Position numbers and translations under genes: made by a program. This document shows positions 58,608 through 59,663 of a stretch of 59,663 nucleotides of DNA, one piece after another (within the stretch, counting starts at the first letter, position 1; every line of letters starts with the position of its first letter). The stretch comes from a virus. The notes beneath the pieces are model-generated. The model was given only the letters and a program-made list of their open reading frames with translations. It was not told the origin of the DNA and made no database searches. The stretch lies in the IMG/VR virus record IMGVR_UViG_3300048921_000145; one strand, 5' to 3'.

Positions 58608-59362
58608 TGCTGCTCTCCGTCATGCTGTATCATGAAGGCAAGGCTTTCGTTGGTGATTGTCGGCAGGTTCAGACGGTTCGACGCATGCTTATGCCGTGCA
58701 CAGAACAGGCTGCCATCGGCACGCGATGCCTGGCAGTGGATACCGCCTATGCTGGCCGCGCACGCTTTTACGTCTGCAATCTCATAGATTGGCCGGCACT
58801 GACCATCGCAATACTGCGTCAAGATGCACTTGCATTCACCGTAACCAACAAGTACAGGCCTGCCCGGATTCGGCTCCCTGTGCTCGATGCTCTCAAGGGT
58901 CAGCTTGCCGCCTTCGTTGCGAAACGTGGCCTTTGCCGTCATGTCGCCGCCTGGCTTACCTTCGTCGACATAGATCGTCGTGGCGGACAGCGAGGCGTAC
59001 AAATCCTGGTACACAGGCGCCAGCGTCTTAGCCTTGACGTCTTCGCTGTGTGCATCACACGGATGGACCTCGGCGCTGTCCAGTGCTTCCTGCATCACTG
59101 CCCATGCGCGTTTTTGCAGGCGCTCCAGTTGTGTGCGCAGCTTGGTGACTTCAGCGATCAGTGTTACCGCCTCGGCGATAGGGAAAACCTCGCAAGAACC
59201 GTCCTCGTCGGTCAGCGCGGCGTTTTGCAGGTCGACGCTGGCAAACAGCGAACAACCGGCTTCCAGCGCGGCAATACCGCCTTCGACGTCAAAGACCGCC
59301 TCCAGCCCGTCGTAACCTTCGACCACACGGCCGACGTATTCGATAACGATTGGCTCGCTCAT
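58604..59362 (-). CDS. Hypothetical Cys-rich protein (252 aa, start MSEPIVIEY)
   Basis: AAGGAG 8 nt upstream of ATG 59362. ATGA coupling. Confidence 0.75.
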   Translation of the reverse strand: MSEPIVIEYVGRVVEGYDGLEAVFDVEGGIAALEAGCSLFASVDLQNAALTDEDGSCEVFPIAEAVTLIAEVTKLRTQLERLQKRAWAVMQEALDSAEVHPCDAHSEDVKAKTLAPVYQDLYASLSATTIYVDEGKPGGDMTAKATFRNEGGKLTLESIEHREPNPGRPVLVGYGECKCILTQYCDGQCRPIYEIADVKACAASIGGIHCQASRADGSLFCARHKHASNRLNLPTITNESLAFMIQHDGEQQ

Positions 59363-59663
59363 TGATTCAGCTCCTTGACCTTGTCGAGGCAGGCGCGGGC
59401 TTGCCATGCCTGCCAGCTATCTTCGTCTTCTTGCAGGACGTATTTACCGGTTGATCGGTTGAATCCGAGATTCACAACATGCGGCTGATTGCGAAGCCAC
59501 TTCTCAAACTCTGCGCGCTCATCAACCGCTACCGGAGCTGGCGGCACACGGAAAAGCGGAACAAGGCAGCCTCCGTGTCGATTCTGAGTTTCGAGCAGAT
59601 CGGTGATTTGGAAGTCCAGCGAGCTTCCGCCGACTGAGCCATCAAGGAGCCAGGCCGTCGGCT
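59359..59663 (-). CDS. 3' part of the same junction-spanning hypothetical gene (59537-59663 duplicates 1-127)
   Basis: Same reading frame as the 1-329 ORF once the overlap is collapsed. Its TGA overlaps the next ATG (ATGA). Confidence 0.7.
   Translation of the reverse strand, partial: PTAWLLDGSVGGSSLDFQITDLLETQNRHGGCLVPLFRVPPAPVAVDERAEFEKWLRNQPHVVNLGFNRSTGKYVLQEDEDSWQAWQARACLDKVKELNQ
59537..59663. repeat. Second copy of the 127-bp terminal overlap
   Basis: Identical to 1-127. Confidence 0.95.

Noticed and set aside
1-59663. Search for a CRISPR array, retron or DGR (reverse transcriptase plus template/variable repeats), integrase/attP, transposase/IS elements and rRNA.
   Set aside because: No regularly spaced direct repeats. 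No RT-like (YxDD) ORF. No recombinase or transposase motifs among the ORFs. The repeats inside 22531-23370 are in-frame protein repeats rather than TR/VR pairs.

Overview
The window is a complete GC-rich tailed dsDNA phage genome. Bases 1-127 are identical to 59537-59663, so the unique length is 59,536 bp, and one gene reads through that junction. This means the sequence is a circular or circularly permuted assembly. Gene content suggests a Pseudomonas/Burkholderia-type host and a podovirus-like, Bcep22/N4-capsid-type mosaic. Layout: (i) a divergent early control region at ~2.9-3.1 kb. A leftward operon of small unknown genes runs from it through the junction to 58398, and a rightward early operon runs 3137-7210. 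(ii) Four tRNAs (Asp, Met, Thr, Asn) at 7262-7579, followed by a ~690-nt ORF-free, highly structured region that ends in an intrinsic terminator. (iii) A packaging, head, tail and internal-virion-protein module at 8342-41905. It includes TerS, a DEDDh exonuclease, TerL, a DUF2829/Tad2-like protein, portal, scaffold, a CsrA-like protein, an N4-gp56-type capsid protein, a tailspike, a GNAT, a methyltransferase/PP-loop fusion and a 3,546-aa polyvalent protein. (iv) A lysis cassette at 42426-43942, followed by DUF1353 and Asp/Asn beta-hydroxylase genes. (v) A lambda-like immunity, recombination and replication region at 44932-58033. It holds Exo/RecT, a CI-like repressor with palindromic operators, an AlpA-like regulator, SSB, an RdgC-FtsK-gamma fusion, two C5-methyltransferases, a Ref-like nuclease, a RuvC-like resolvase, an initiator gene containing iterons and a DnaC-like loader. 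I found no integrase, rRNA, CRISPR array, reverse transcriptase or transposase. The best candidates for new biology are: the tRNA-linked large structured RNA candidate (7580-8268); a 16-nt motif repeated in front of late operons; the enzyme set embedded among ejected virion proteins; and long protein-like +1-frame ORFs nested in both C5-methyltransferase genes and in the giant gene. All functional calls come from motif recognition by eye or memory. None has been checked against a database.
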